A stretch of DNA of 64,000 bases from an uncultured Eubacteriales bacterium (GCA_934462705.1 CAKSIH010000001.1:47761-111760); one strand, 5' to 3'. Positions 50,354 through 59,772 are shown, numbered from the stretch's first letter. Notes: a model not told the origin generated them from the sequence alone. Made by a program: numbers and translations.

Positions 50354-51496
50354 ATGAAAAGGTTTATTGGTTTAATGATAGTACTTGCTATGGGAATTTT
50401 ATTCATTAGCGGTTGCAGTTCATCACCTACAGTTTCTAATGGAACCCCACTTAATTCGGGGCAAGAAATAAAAATAGCAGTACTAGGGTCAGAAGAACAG
50501 TTTGCAAAGTACCAGGACTTTTTTAATGGAGCAGATATGGCAATAGAAGAGCTTGCTGCTTCTGGCGTAAAATTTAGTTACGAAAAGATTGATGATCAAG
50601 GTAACTATGATAATGCCGTAAACATTGCCGCGGCTGTTGCTAAAGATAGCAATTATGCTATGGCAGTGACTATTCAGGACGTTGATGTTGTGGGACCTGT
50701 AGCTTACTTATTTGATGAGTCCCAAAAACCACTAATTGTTGCAAGTCAAGCTTTAAGTAAACTTATGGCATACGGATTTAGATATGTAATAAATAGTACT
50801 TTACTTGCAGCAGAACAAGGCTATTTAGCAGGTAAACTAGCAATTGAAAATAATGTCAAGTGGGTAGTTGCGTCGCATTCAGCGTCTCCCTTTGATAAAG
50901 AATTTATTAATGGATTTCAATATGCTACAAACAATACGACAGTTAAGCTTTTAGACATAAGAGAAGTTTCAAATTCACTTGGAGATCTTACAGATATTGC
51001 AAATACATTTACAACCTTGAAACCAGATGCAGTCTTAATTGCACATTATGATGCTCAACATCTTGTGGAAACAATTAAGGCTATGAGGCAATATTTAAAA
51101 AGTAATGTTAATATTTTTACAAATGCATCAATTTTGAATAGTAACACTGTTGCAGCTAATAAAGACGTTTTAACAAGTGTTTCTGGTGTATCTTCTTATC
51201 CTGTGGATATATCTGATAAGAGCGACAAATTTATTGCTGACTATAAGGCAAAGTATGGAGCTATTTCTACTACATCATCATGCCAGGGCTATGATATTGT
51301 TAAGCTTATAGCGGAAAAAATTCAAGGAGCAAGTACAACTCTTGCATTTATGGAAAATGTTAAATCTGATGAGGGATATAGCGGACTTGCTAAACTAAAG
51401 TTTGACATGCTTGGAAGGCTGATTTCAGAAAATGGAACAAATAAGTTTTATATAGATGCAAATGGAAATGTGACTATTGAAAAGTTAAATTTTTAG
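50354..51496 (+). CDS. Type-I periplasmic-binding-fold lipoprotein (LivJ/Peripla_BP_6-like), orphan
   Basis: Lipobox LFISGCSS. IKIAVLGS...GADMAIEELAASG...IDDQGN pattern typical of branched-chain amino acid/amide-type binding proteins. No LivHMGF genes nearby. Confidence 0.7.
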   Translation: MKRFIGLMIVLAMGILFISGCSSSPTVSNGTPLNSGQEIKIAVLGSEEQFAKYQDFFNGADMAIEELAASGVKFSYEKIDDQGNYDNAVNIAAAVAKDSNYAMAVTIQDVDVVGPVAYLFDESQKPLIVASQALSKLMAYGFRYVINSTLLAAEQGYLAGKLAIENNVKWVVASHSASPFDKEFINGFQYATNNTTVKLLDIREVSNSLGDLTDIANTFTTLKPDAVLIAHYDAQHLVETIKAMRQYLKSNVNIFTNASILNSNTVAANKDVLTSVSGVSSYPVDISDKSDKFIADYKAKYGAISTTSSCQGYDIVKLIAEKIQGASTTLAFMENVKSDEGYSGLAKLKFDMLGRLISENGTNKFYIDANGNVTIEKLNF

Positions 51497-51511
51497 AAAG
51501 GAGTTGTAATT

Positions 51512-52396
51512 ATGGCAAATAAGATTTTTAGAAAAAAAGCTCTAGACACTGTTTCATCACCGGAACAGCTTGATCAACATGTGCGAATAACAAGGCCGTC
51601 AGTTTGGATTATCATGATAGCAATTATTGTACTTATTGTTGGCGCTGGCGCATGGGCTTGCACCGCTGAAATGACACGAGGATTTGAAATTCCATCAGCT
51701 ATTTTATGGCCTGCATCGGGTGTAAATTATTCTCTTAGCAAAAATTCAGGAACTGTTAGGGATGTAATGGTAGACCACGGAGATTATGTATCGGAAGGCT
51801 ATATTTTAGCGAGCATACCAAATGAAGAGATACTTGCTAAAATGGAAGGAACACCGGAAGGAGCAGTTTTAGATGCATTAAGATATGAATATGCAACAAC
51901 TTCACTTATAAAGGCTGAAGCTGATAGTTATGTGCAGAACGTAGTTTACAAAAATAATGAAGTAACATCTAATCAAGTTATATCAGCCTGTATCCCAGTG
52001 GATCAAGTTGCTGGTACTAAAGAAATTATAGCTTATGTACCGTATACAACTGCCAGAGGTCTTTCAGTTGGAACAGAAGTACAAGTTTCTCCATCTACTG
52101 CACCTAGAGAGCAATATGGTTATATTAAAGGTGTTATAAGTAATATTGGAACAGTTACAGTTAACGATGAAACTATTGAGAAAACAATGGGTACTACACA
52201 GTACAAAGATGTAATGGGCATAGATGAGTCATGTGTAGAAGTTAGAATGAAATTATACCAAGATGAATCTTCTTACAATGGATATCTATGGTCTAACGAT
52301 AAGGGTAAAGAGGTTCCTGGAATTACAATTGGAACAGCTTGTTCAGTTAAAGTAGTTCAAGGAAGGATTCACCCAATTAACTTATTATTTGGATAA
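51512..52396 (+). CDS. HlyD-family adaptor of the NHLM/Nif11 bacteriocin-export type (short, 294 aa)
   Basis: FRKKALDTVSSPEQLDQHVRITRPSVW followed by a TM helix, the characteristic N-terminus of NHLM-system HlyD proteins. Lipoyl-like and beta-barrel segments are present, but almost no coiled-coil hairpin. Confidence 0.7.
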   Translation: MANKIFRKKALDTVSSPEQLDQHVRITRPSVWIIMIAIIVLIVGAGAWACTAEMTRGFEIPSAILWPASGVNYSLSKNSGTVRDVMVDHGDYVSEGYILASIPNEEILAKMEGTPEGAVLDALRYEYATTSLIKAEADSYVQNVVYKNNEVTSNQVISACIPVDQVAGTKEIIAYVPYTTARGLSVGTEVQVSPSTAPREQYGYIKGVISNIGTVTVNDETIEKTMGTTQYKDVMGIDESCVEVRMKLYQDESSYNGYLWSNDKGKEVPGITIGTACSVKVVQGRIHPINLLFG

Positions 52397-52426
52397 GACA
52401 GACAATAGAGCCAAATAGGAGAAAGG

Positions 52427-54604
52427 ATGGTGGATATGTCAGAAAAGGTAAATAAAGTGCCGATAATTTTGCAAATGGAAGCTTTAGAGTGCGGTGCAGC
52501 TTCACTTGCAATGATACTTGCATATTATAAAAAATATGTACCTCTTGAAAAATTACGACTGCAGTGTAGCGTTTCAAGGGATGGGTGTAATGCTAAAAAT
52601 GTTTTAGCGGCAGGAAGGCACAACGGAATGACTGCAAAAGGTTTTTCTTATAATGATATTGATGCTTTAAAGGAAGAAATTAAGTTTCCGGCAATTATAC
52701 ACTGGAACTTTAACCATTTCGTTGTTTTGTGTGGTTTTAAAAAAGATAAGGCTGTAATAGCAGACCCGGCAGCAGGTTTAACTTATGTTCCAATGGAGGA
52801 ATTTGAAAAATCATTTACAGGTATAATTCTTACATTTGAGCCTAATGAAGATTTTGTTGCAGACGGAGAAAAGAAGAGCATTTTTTCTTTCTTAATAAGA
52901 CGCTTAAAGGGAGCTATTGTTCCACTTACATTTATTTTACTTGCCGGTTTTGTGTTATCAATAACAGGATCTTTGGAGTCTTTGTACTATCAAGTATTTA
53001 CAGATAACATTTTAAATGGTGGCGATGGGGAACTTATGGGTCCTCTACTCATGATAATGGGCGCAACATTAATTGTCACATTCCTTATGGAGGCTTTTGA
53101 ATCGATTTATCTTTATAAAATACAAGGGAAAATGAGTGTCAATTCAGGTGTTATGTTTATGTGGCATGTTCTTAGAATGCCAGTGGAATTTTTCTCTCAA
53201 CGTTTTGCTGGTGATATAAGTTCACGTCAAGACAGCAATGATACTATAGCATCTACAATATGTACTCAAGTTGCCCCTATTATATTAGACATAATTATGA
53301 TATTTGTCTATTTTGTCATTTTAATTTATTACAATTGGTATATGACGCTTATCGGTCTTGCTGCGGCATTAGTTAACATGGTGACTATAAGGTTTATTTC
53401 TAAAAAGAATGAAGACTATAATAAGGCTATGTCAAGAGATGCAGGTAAGTTGCAAGGTGCAACGGTTGCAGGTGTTAGCATGATGGAAACTATTAAAGCA
53501 AGTGGATGTGAACCGGGCTATTTTCAAAAGTTAATAGGTTATCAAACAAAATATAATAACTCCTTACAAAAAATAAGAACTACAAATGCATATATTTCAA
53601 CCATACCAACTCTAGTACAAGGGGTTGCAAATTTAGCAATATTATTACTTGGTGTTTATAACATTTTAGTTGGCTCATTTACAATTGGTATGCTCATGAC
53701 ATTCCAAGGCTTTATGGGACAATTTTTAGGACCTGTTAACTCTTTAGTTGGAATCGGTGCCAGCATACAAGCTGTTAGCGGCGACATGGAAAAAGTTGAA
53801 GATGTTATGAACTATGAACCTGATGTTGAGATTGATTTTTCTGAGGTTACTGAAGACGGCTTTGATGCAAAAGAATATAGAAAACTTCATGGCGATGTTG
53901 ACATCGATAATCTTTCATTTGCGTATAGCCCTTTGGCTAAACCGTTAATTCAGGATTTTAATCTTCATGTAAGAAAAGGACAAATGATTGCATTAGTTGG
54001 TGGAAGCGGAAGCGGTAAGTCAACTATTGCGAAAATTATAGCAGGTCTTTATGAGCCAAGAGATGGTAAAGTTTTATTTGATGGGAAACCTAGAAAGGAT
54101 ATAGATAGGAAAGTATTTAGAGGATCGCTTGCAATGGTTGACCAAGACGTCACGATGTTCCAGGATACTATAAGAAACAATATAACCATGTGGGATACAT
54201 CTATTAGTGATGAAACTTTAATTCAGGCTTGTAAGGATGCTCAAATACATGATGATATATTAGAGCGACAAGAAGGTTACGATCATGTTCTAGTAGAAAA
54301 TGGTAGAGACTTCTCAGGGGGGCAACGTCAAAGGTTTGAGATAGCGCGTTCGTTTGTTATGAATCCGACGATAATGATTTTAGATGAGGCTACCTCAGCT
54401 CTTGACCCAACTACGGAGAAAAAAGTTATGGACGCAGTTAGAAGACGTGGAATTACGTGTTTTGTTGTAGCCCACAGATTATCTACAATAAGGGATGCCG
54501 ATGAGATTATAATGTTAGAAAACGGACTTATAGTAGAAAGGGGAACTCATAAAGAACTTATAGACTTAGACGGAAAATATGCAAACTTAGTAAAGAGTGA
54601 ATAA
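52427..54604 (+). CDS. Bacteriocin-type ABC exporter with N-terminal C39 peptidase domain (NHLM ABC1-like)
   Basis: C39 motifs QMEALECGAASLAMIL (catalytic Cys), HWNFNHFVVL (His), ADPA. Six-TM domain. Walker A GGSGSGKST, FSGGQRQR, ILDEATSALD. Confidence 0.9.
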   Translation: MVDMSEKVNKVPIILQMEALECGAASLAMILAYYKKYVPLEKLRLQCSVSRDGCNAKNVLAAGRHNGMTAKGFSYNDIDALKEEIKFPAIIHWNFNHFVVLCGFKKDKAVIADPAAGLTYVPMEEFEKSFTGIILTFEPNEDFVADGEKKSIFSFLIRRLKGAIVPLTFILLAGFVLSITGSLESLYYQVFTDNILNGGDGELMGPLLMIMGATLIVTFLMEAFESIYLYKIQGKMSVNSGVMFMWHVLRMPVEFFSQRFAGDISSRQDSNDTIASTICTQVAPIILDIIMIFVYFVILIYYNWYMTLIGLAAALVNMVTIRFISKKNEDYNKAMSRDAGKLQGATVAGVSMMETIKASGCEPGYFQKLIGYQTKYNNSLQKIRTTNAYISTIPTLVQGVANLAILLLGVYNILVGSFTIGMLMTFQGFMGQFLGPVNSLVGIGASIQAVSGDMEKVEDVMNYEPDVEIDFSEVTEDGFDAKEYRKLHGDVDIDNLSFAYSPLAKPLIQDFNLHVRKGQMIALVGGSGSGKSTIAKIIAGLYEPRDGKVLFDGKPRKDIDRKVFRGSLAMVDQDVTMFQDTIRNNITMWDTSISDETLIQACKDAQIHDDILERQEGYDHVLVENGRDFSGGQRQRFEIARSFVMNPTIMILDEATSALDPTTEKKVMDAVRRRGITCFVVAHRLSTIRDADEIIMLENGLIVERGTHKELIDLDGKYANLVKSE

Positions 54605-54622
54605 GAAAGGAGGTAAAGCTTG

Positions 54623-56812
54623 ATGAATTTTTCTGACAAGGTGAAAAGACAGAAAAAAGAAGAACAGGGTATGTTTATTGATGCCTATAAAGAGGCAACG
54701 CAAGCTGCTATTGGAAATAGAAAGCTTTTTCATAAAAAAACAGGGCCAACTATAAAGCAGAAATCAGCTCAAGTTGTAAATGCAATAAATCAAATAACGC
54801 ATTTTTATAATATGCCTGATATAGAAATTCCTGCCCAGGCTCTAGAAGATGACGATGCAATGGACACGGTGTTGGGCTGCACTGGTCTTACAAGAAGAAG
54901 AGTAAGCCTAAATAAGGGCTGGTGGAGAAAGGGTGAAGGACCTGTTGTTACTAAAAATAATACGGGTAATGTAGTAACTTTATTGCCAAGGAAATTTGGC
55001 GGATACCGATATTTGGATCCACAGACAGGAGAGTATATAAATCTTAACAGCAAAAATGCTGAAGTGCTTGACGATGAGGGGTATTGCTTTTACAAACCTT
55101 TTCCAATGAAGTCCATGTCAATAAAGAATTTTATATACCACATTTTTAAATCCTTTACGACTTTCGACTTGATTTTCCTTGCGATCCTTGCCTTAGCAGC
55201 AAGTTTATTAGGGCTAGTTTCACCGCAAATACAACAATACATTTATAATACGGTTATACCGGAAGGTGCTCTAAGGGAAATATACCCAGTTGCAGCACTT
55301 TTAATAGGTGTTTTGTTTGCAACAACGTTGTTTGGGGTATTCCAGTCTCTTTGGATTTTAAGAGTAGGGGATAAAATTCAGTTTGGAACGCAAGGTGCGC
55401 TATGGATAAGACTACTTAATTTACCTATTAACTTTTTTAAAAAGTACAGTTCTGGAGATTTAGCAGTTAGATCATTTAGAATGAATGCAATTTGTAATAG
55501 TTTAAGCAGTAGCTTAATTCCAACAATGCTGGCAGCAATATTCTCTTTTGTGTATTTATGGCAAATTAGTAATCTGTCACCAGTATTATTGCTGCCAACA
55601 GTACTAATAATAGCATTAATGCTAACATCATCCTTGCTGAGAGGTTATTACAATGTTAAGTTAAATAAAAAGGCAAATGAATTAGCCCCAAAGCTATCTG
55701 GTCTTGTTTATCAACTGTTTAGTGGTGTTTCCAAGATAAAGGTAGCTGGAGCAGAAGTTAGAGCATTTTCAAAATGGTCTAAAATATATTCACAAATTGC
55801 AAAAATTAAATTTTCACCAAACTTTTTCTTAAAAATAGTTGATGCAATAGATGCAGTAATAAGTCTTGGTGGAACAATGTTAATTTACTATGTAGTTTTT
55901 AAAAATCATTTAGCGGTTGCAGATTATGTTGCTTTTAATGCAGCGTTTGGTGCATTTTCAGCATCTGTATTAAAAATATCATCAATTGCAGTGGAAATAG
56001 CTTATTTAAGGCCATCTATGGAACTTATAGAACCTATTTTAAAAGAGGTTCCTGAATCAGATGGAAATAAAATAAGGGTAGATAAAATAAGTGGTAAAAT
56101 TGATATTAACAATCTTAAGTTCAGGTATACAGAAGATGGTCCTTTGGTTGTAAATGGGATGAATCTTAGCATAAAGCCGGGTGAATATTTAGGAATAGTA
56201 GGGTCTACCGGTTGCGGTAAATCAACACTATTGAGACTTTTACTTGGATTTGAAAAACCGGAATCAGGGGCTATATATTTTGATAATCAAAATTTGTCTA
56301 ATCTTGACTTAAGAAGTGTGAGAAAGCGTATAGGAATAGTTTTGCAAAACGGAAACTTATTTTCAGATAGTATATTTGCAAACATTACCATAACAAATCC
56401 AACAGCGACACTTGATGATGCTTGGGAAGCTGCAAGAAAGGCCGGCTGTGCTGATGATATAGAAGCTATGCCGATGGGAATGCATACAATGATTTCCGAA
56501 GACGGTGGAGGAATTTCTGGTGGACAAAGGCAAAGAATAATGATAGCAAGGGCACTTATTTCAGATCCTGACTTGCTGATGTTTGACGAAGCAACCAGTG
56601 CTCTTGACAATATTACCCAGGCAACTGTTGTTGAAACGCTTGAAAAAATGGATATAACAAGGGTTGTTATTGCACATAGGCTCTCGACCATAAAAAAATG
56701 TGACAGAATAGTTTATCTTCATAAGGGACAAGTAGTTGAAGAAGGTACTTTCGATGAGCTAATGCAGAAAGATGGATATTTTGCAGAGCTTGCAAAAAGA
56801 CAACTGGTTTAA
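54623..56812 (+). CDS. Second ABC exporter subunit, permease/ATPase without peptidase catalytic motifs (NHLM ABC2-like)
   Basis: N-terminal extension of about 170 aa lacking the Cys/His C39 motifs. TM domain. Walker A GSTGCGKST, ISGGQRQR, MFDEATSALD. Confidence 0.85.
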   Translation: MNFSDKVKRQKKEEQGMFIDAYKEATQAAIGNRKLFHKKTGPTIKQKSAQVVNAINQITHFYNMPDIEIPAQALEDDDAMDTVLGCTGLTRRRVSLNKGWWRKGEGPVVTKNNTGNVVTLLPRKFGGYRYLDPQTGEYINLNSKNAEVLDDEGYCFYKPFPMKSMSIKNFIYHIFKSFTTFDLIFLAILALAASLLGLVSPQIQQYIYNTVIPEGALREIYPVAALLIGVLFATTLFGVFQSLWILRVGDKIQFGTQGALWIRLLNLPINFFKKYSSGDLAVRSFRMNAICNSLSSSLIPTMLAAIFSFVYLWQISNLSPVLLLPTVLIIALMLTSSLLRGYYNVKLNKKANELAPKLSGLVYQLFSGVSKIKVAGAEVRAFSKWSKIYSQIAKIKFSPNFFLKIVDAIDAVISLGGTMLIYYVVFKNHLAVADYVAFNAAFGAFSASVLKISSIAVEIAYLRPSMELIEPILKEVPESDGNKIRVDKISGKIDINNLKFRYTEDGPLVVNGMNLSIKPGEYLGIVGSTGCGKSTLLRLLLGFEKPESGAIYFDNQNLSNLDLRSVRKRIGIVLQNGNLFSDSIFANITITNPTATLDDAWEAARKAGCADDIEAMPMGMHTMISEDGGGISGGQRQRIMIARALISDPDLLMFDEATSALDNITQATVVETLEKMDITRVVIAHRLSTIKKCDRIVYLHKGQVVEEGTFDELMQKDGYFAELAKRQLV

Positions 56813-56836
56813 GCTTTTGTATAGGAGGGAAGGAAT

Positions 56837-57136
56837 ATGAATAAAAAATTGCAACAGTTTTTTGTACGCCTGACAGAGGATTATAAATTCAGAGAAGAAT
56901 TTACATCAACTCAGTCGGCGTTGGAAGGGTATAACAAGGCTAAACCATATATTGAAGGAGTTTCGTTTGACGAATTTAAAGATGGATTAAGAATTGTTCA
57001 TGACAAAATTAATCATGCAAACAGGGGATTAGACGAAAGTGAGCTTAGACATGTTTCTGGTGGTGTAAATACATTTGCAAATGTATTTAAGGCATTGGAA
57101 GGCATAAATGCAGAAGTTATTAAAAACCTATTTTAA
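56837..57136 (+). CDS. Precursor P1: long Nif11-like leader (76 aa, ...ELRHVSGG) + 23-aa amphipathic core VNTFANVFKALEGINAEVIKNLF
   Basis: Strong RBS (AGGAGGGAAGG). Leader shares the AKPYI(E/G) block with P2. GG site followed by a short helical core. Confidence 0.75.
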   Translation: MNKKLQQFFVRLTEDYKFREEFTSTQSALEGYNKAKPYIEGVSFDEFKDGLRIVHDKINHANRGLDESELRHVSGGVNTFANVFKALEGINAEVIKNLF

Positions 57137-57216
57137 TCTAAATTATATTGTTTATAAGCAGATACTCCATTTTATCTGTTTATTATAAAAAAATTAAAAG
57201 AAAGAAGGTATTTAAA

Positions 57217-57630
57217 ATGGAAAAATTTTTAAACAAATTAGCAGAGGATGAAACTTTACGTAGTGAGTTTTTAAACCAAACGACACCGGAGGGAGCTTAT
57301 AAGGTAGCTAAACCTTATATTGGTTCTATGTCGATGGAGGAGTTTGCAGAACAAATGGTTGGACTAGCAAGACTTATGACAAAAGCAGAGTCAGGCCAAC
57401 TTTCTGAGGATGACTTAGATACAGTAGCAGGTGGAGCTAGCTTTACAGGTTTTCTTACAAAACTTCAAGGTTTTGGAGAAAAGGTTGCTACAGCCGGTGA
57501 TAAGTTACACCAAGGAGTAGAAACAGTAACAGGAGTAGCCGGAAAGGTTGGGCAAGCAGCAGGCCAAGTAGGCGAAGTATGGACTGGCATTAAAGGTACT
57601 GCAACTGGTCTTTTTGGAAAAAAACAATAA
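57217..57630 (+). CDS. Precursor P2: Nif11-like leader (73 aa, ...DLDTVAGG) + 64-aa Gly-rich core
   Basis: MEKFLNKLAEDETLRSEF matches the Nif11 N-terminal pattern. Core is rich in GxxG/GxxxG (GVAGKVGQAAGQVGEVWTG). RBS AGAAGG. Confidence 0.75.
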   Translation: MEKFLNKLAEDETLRSEFLNQTTPEGAYKVAKPYIGSMSMEEFAEQMVGLARLMTKAESGQLSEDDLDTVAGGASFTGFLTKLQGFGEKVATAGDKLHQGVETVTGVAGKVGQAAGQVGEVWTGIKGTATGLFGKKQ

Positions 57631-57666
57631 ATTAAAAACTTTATTAAAAAATAAGGAGGATTTATT

Positions 57667-57972
57667 ATGAAGAAGGGAATAAACGCATGGGCAAAAGAGC
57701 TAAAACACAATGAAGGTTTTGCCAAAAAGTATGAAGGAGTAAAAACAGTAGAGGACATAATTAATGTTGCGAAAAATCAGGGTTATGATATAAATAGAAA
57801 GGATTTAAAAGAATTGGACCTTGATGCAGTAGCAGGAGGTTTGCTTGACAAGCCAATGGTAAATGTGGATCTTCAAATGGCAATGGCACAGGGAACCCAG
57901 ACAGCAATAGCTTCAGGAGCCGGTGCCCAAGCTGGTGTATCTGGAAAGCTAGAAGTAGATGCTGACAATTAA
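57667..57972 (+). CDS. Precursor P3: Nif11-like leader (58 aa, ...LDLDAVAGG) + 43-aa core
   Basis: AAGGAGG RBS. Leader DNA is near-identical to that of P4. Confidence 0.8.
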   Translation: MKKGINAWAKELKHNEGFAKKYEGVKTVEDIINVAKNQGYDINRKDLKELDLDAVAGGLLDKPMVNVDLQMAMAQGTQTAIASGAGAQAGVSGKLEVDADN

Positions 57973-58119
57973 TTTATTAAGTTTTTGCGTACACTTTTAT
58001 GAAGCTAGCATTAAAGCTGATAAAAGTTTAGGTAAAGGTAAACATTTTTGTAAAGACAGAGTTGATATTTTACGGAAGTTAACATGAAAACCTATTAAAA
58101 TTTTTGGAGGTGTTATATT

Positions 58120-58446
58120 GTGAAAAAGGGAATAAATGCATGGGCAAAAGAGCTAAAACACAATGAAGGTTTTGCCAAAAAGTATGAGGGAGTAAAAACA
58201 GTAGAGGACATAATTAATGTTGCGAAAACTCAGGGCTATGATATAAATAAAAAGGATTTAAAAGAATTGGACCTTGATGCAGTAGCAGGAGGCATAGGTG
58301 GTGGAACAAATGTAACAGCAAGTATGGACCTTACTACGGTTCTTGGAACCATGACCTCAACTGCAATATCAACAGGTGTGCATTCCTCAGCTTCTACATC
58401 AGGACCTCAAACTATGACTCAGAGCGGCTTGGGCCGGCAAAGCTAG
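58120..58446 (+). CDS. Precursor P4: Nif11-like leader (58 aa) + 50-aa Ser/Thr/Gly-rich core
   Basis: GTG start after GGAGG. Leader differs from P3 at two residues only. Confidence 0.8.
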   Translation: MKKGINAWAKELKHNEGFAKKYEGVKTVEDIINVAKTQGYDINKKDLKELDLDAVAGGIGGGTNVTASMDLTTVLGTMTSTAISTGVHSSASTSGPQTMTQSGLGRQS

Positions 58447-58471
58447 TTAAGCTTTTAGGTGGTGAGTTTTT

Positions 58472-58732
58472 ATGAAAGACATAAATAAATGGTTAAATCG
58501 TATTAAAACTGATGAAAAGTTTGCACAGAAGAACAATGGCAAGACAATAGAGGAGATAATAAAAATAGCTAAACAGCAGAACTATGACATAACTGAGGAA
58601 GATGTTATGAAAAATGTATCGGGTGGAGGTATAAGTTCAACTCGTATAACAGCAAGTGCATCATCTATAGCTATAGCGATGGGTGATCACAGCAAGGCGA
58701 CAAACGCTTCAGAGATTACTATAAACATGTAA
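58472..58732 (+). CDS. Precursor P5: Nif11-like leader (52 aa, ...MKNVSGG) + 34-aa core
   Basis: MKDINKWLNRIKTDEKFAQK...IIKIAKQQNYDITEEDV leader pattern. RBS GGTGGTGAG. Confidence 0.75.
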   Translation: MKDINKWLNRIKTDEKFAQKNNGKTIEEIIKIAKQQNYDITEEDVMKNVSGGGISSTRITASASSIAIAMGDHSKATNASEITINM

Positions 58733-58757
58733 ACGTTAATTAAAAATATAATAAAAT

Positions 58758-58828
58758 CCGGCTTTATATGAGTGTAATTATAATTTGTAGTTGTTTTAGT
58801 TGTAGTAAGTATATAAAGCCGGGTTTTT
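58758..58828 (+). terminator. Long-loop hairpin + T5 between P5 and P6 (possible internal terminator/attenuator)
   Basis: CCGGCTTTATAT ... ATATAAAGCCGG (12-bp perfect stem, loop of about 40 nt) followed by GTTTTT. Confidence 0.45.
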
Positions 58829-58851
58829 ATATTAAATGAAAGGAGTAATAA

Positions 58852-59142
58852 ATGAAAAGTGCAAAAGAATTTAAAGAAAGAATAAAAACAGACCCAGAAT
58901 TTAAAGATAAATTTAAAGGAATTCAAGATGTAAATGAAGCAATAAGAATAGCAAAGGAAAACGGTTATGATTTAAAAAACTGCAGTCCACAAGAAGAACA
59001 AGAGCTAACAGAGGACATGCTTGAAAATGTAGCTGGTGGGAAAAATACAACTAAGACACAAGTTAAAACGCATATACCAAGTAATGTAGTAGTAGTAACA
59101 GATCCTAATGATCCGGAAAAAAAGACTATAATTCCAATATGA
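58852..59142 (+). CDS. Precursor P6: Nif11-like leader (63 aa, ...MLENVAGG) + 33-aa core
   Basis: Leader identical in protein sequence to P9. RBS AAAGGAG. Confidence 0.8.
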   Translation: MKSAKEFKERIKTDPEFKDKFKGIQDVNEAIRIAKENGYDLKNCSPQEEQELTEDMLENVAGGKNTTKTQVKTHIPSNVVVVTDPNDPEKKTIIPI

Positions 59143-59160
59143 ATTAGGGAGGCGTGGCAG

Positions 59161-59439
59161 ATGAACAGTTTAGAAAAATTTAAATTAGCTATTCAAAATG
59201 AAGAATTTAAAAATAAATTTAGCAGTGTAAAAAATATAGATGAAGCTTTAAAAATAGCAAAGTCAAATGGCTATGACTTAAATAAAGATGAAGTTTTAAA
59301 AGATAATGAATTAAGGGAAGATATGCTGGATGCAGTAGCAGGAGGAAAAGAGGCAGAGGTAGAAAAGATTGAACATACAACAATTAATTCAGGAAAAAAT
59401 AGCCACATGTATGTAAAATATGACACTTCACTTAAATGA
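59161..59439 (+). CDS. Precursor P7: Nif11-like leader (62 aa, ...MLDAVAGG) + 30-aa core
   Basis: Leader pattern FK..I...EFKNKF...IDEALKIAKSNGYDL. RBS GGGAGG. Confidence 0.8.
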   Translation: MNSLEKFKLAIQNEEFKNKFSSVKNIDEALKIAKSNGYDLNKDEVLKDNELREDMLDAVAGGKEAEVEKIEHTTINSGKNSHMYVKYDTSLK

Positions 59440-59463
59440 GCAAATGCGAAAGGCGGGACTGTA

Positions 59464-59745
59464 ATGAATAGCATTGATGAATTTAAAAAAAGAATAAAAG
59501 ACGATGATACTTTTAAAAAATACTTTAAGGATGCAAAAAGCACTGAAGATGTTATAAAAATAGCTAGGCAAAAAGGATATGATCTAACCAAATGTACAGA
59601 GCAAGAAGAAACACAGCTAAAAGAAGATATGCTTATGAATATAGCAGGCGGAAGCAAAACAGAAAAGGTTAAAATAGGTCAGGCATCAGCCGTAACAATT
59701 GGAGATGGTAGCTCAACAGTTCTAACGGGGAAAATAAAACTTTAG
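59464..59745 (+). CDS. Precursor P8: Nif11-like leader (63 aa, ...MLMNIAGG) + 30-aa core
   Basis: Same leader pattern. Core contains AVTIGDGSST. Confidence 0.8.
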   Translation: MNSIDEFKKRIKDDDTFKKYFKDAKSTEDVIKIARQKGYDLTKCTEQEETQLKEDMLMNIAGGSKTEKVKIGQASAVTIGDGSSTVLTGKIKL

Positions 59746-59772
59746 AAAAGTAATAAAAAAAGGAGTGATAAA

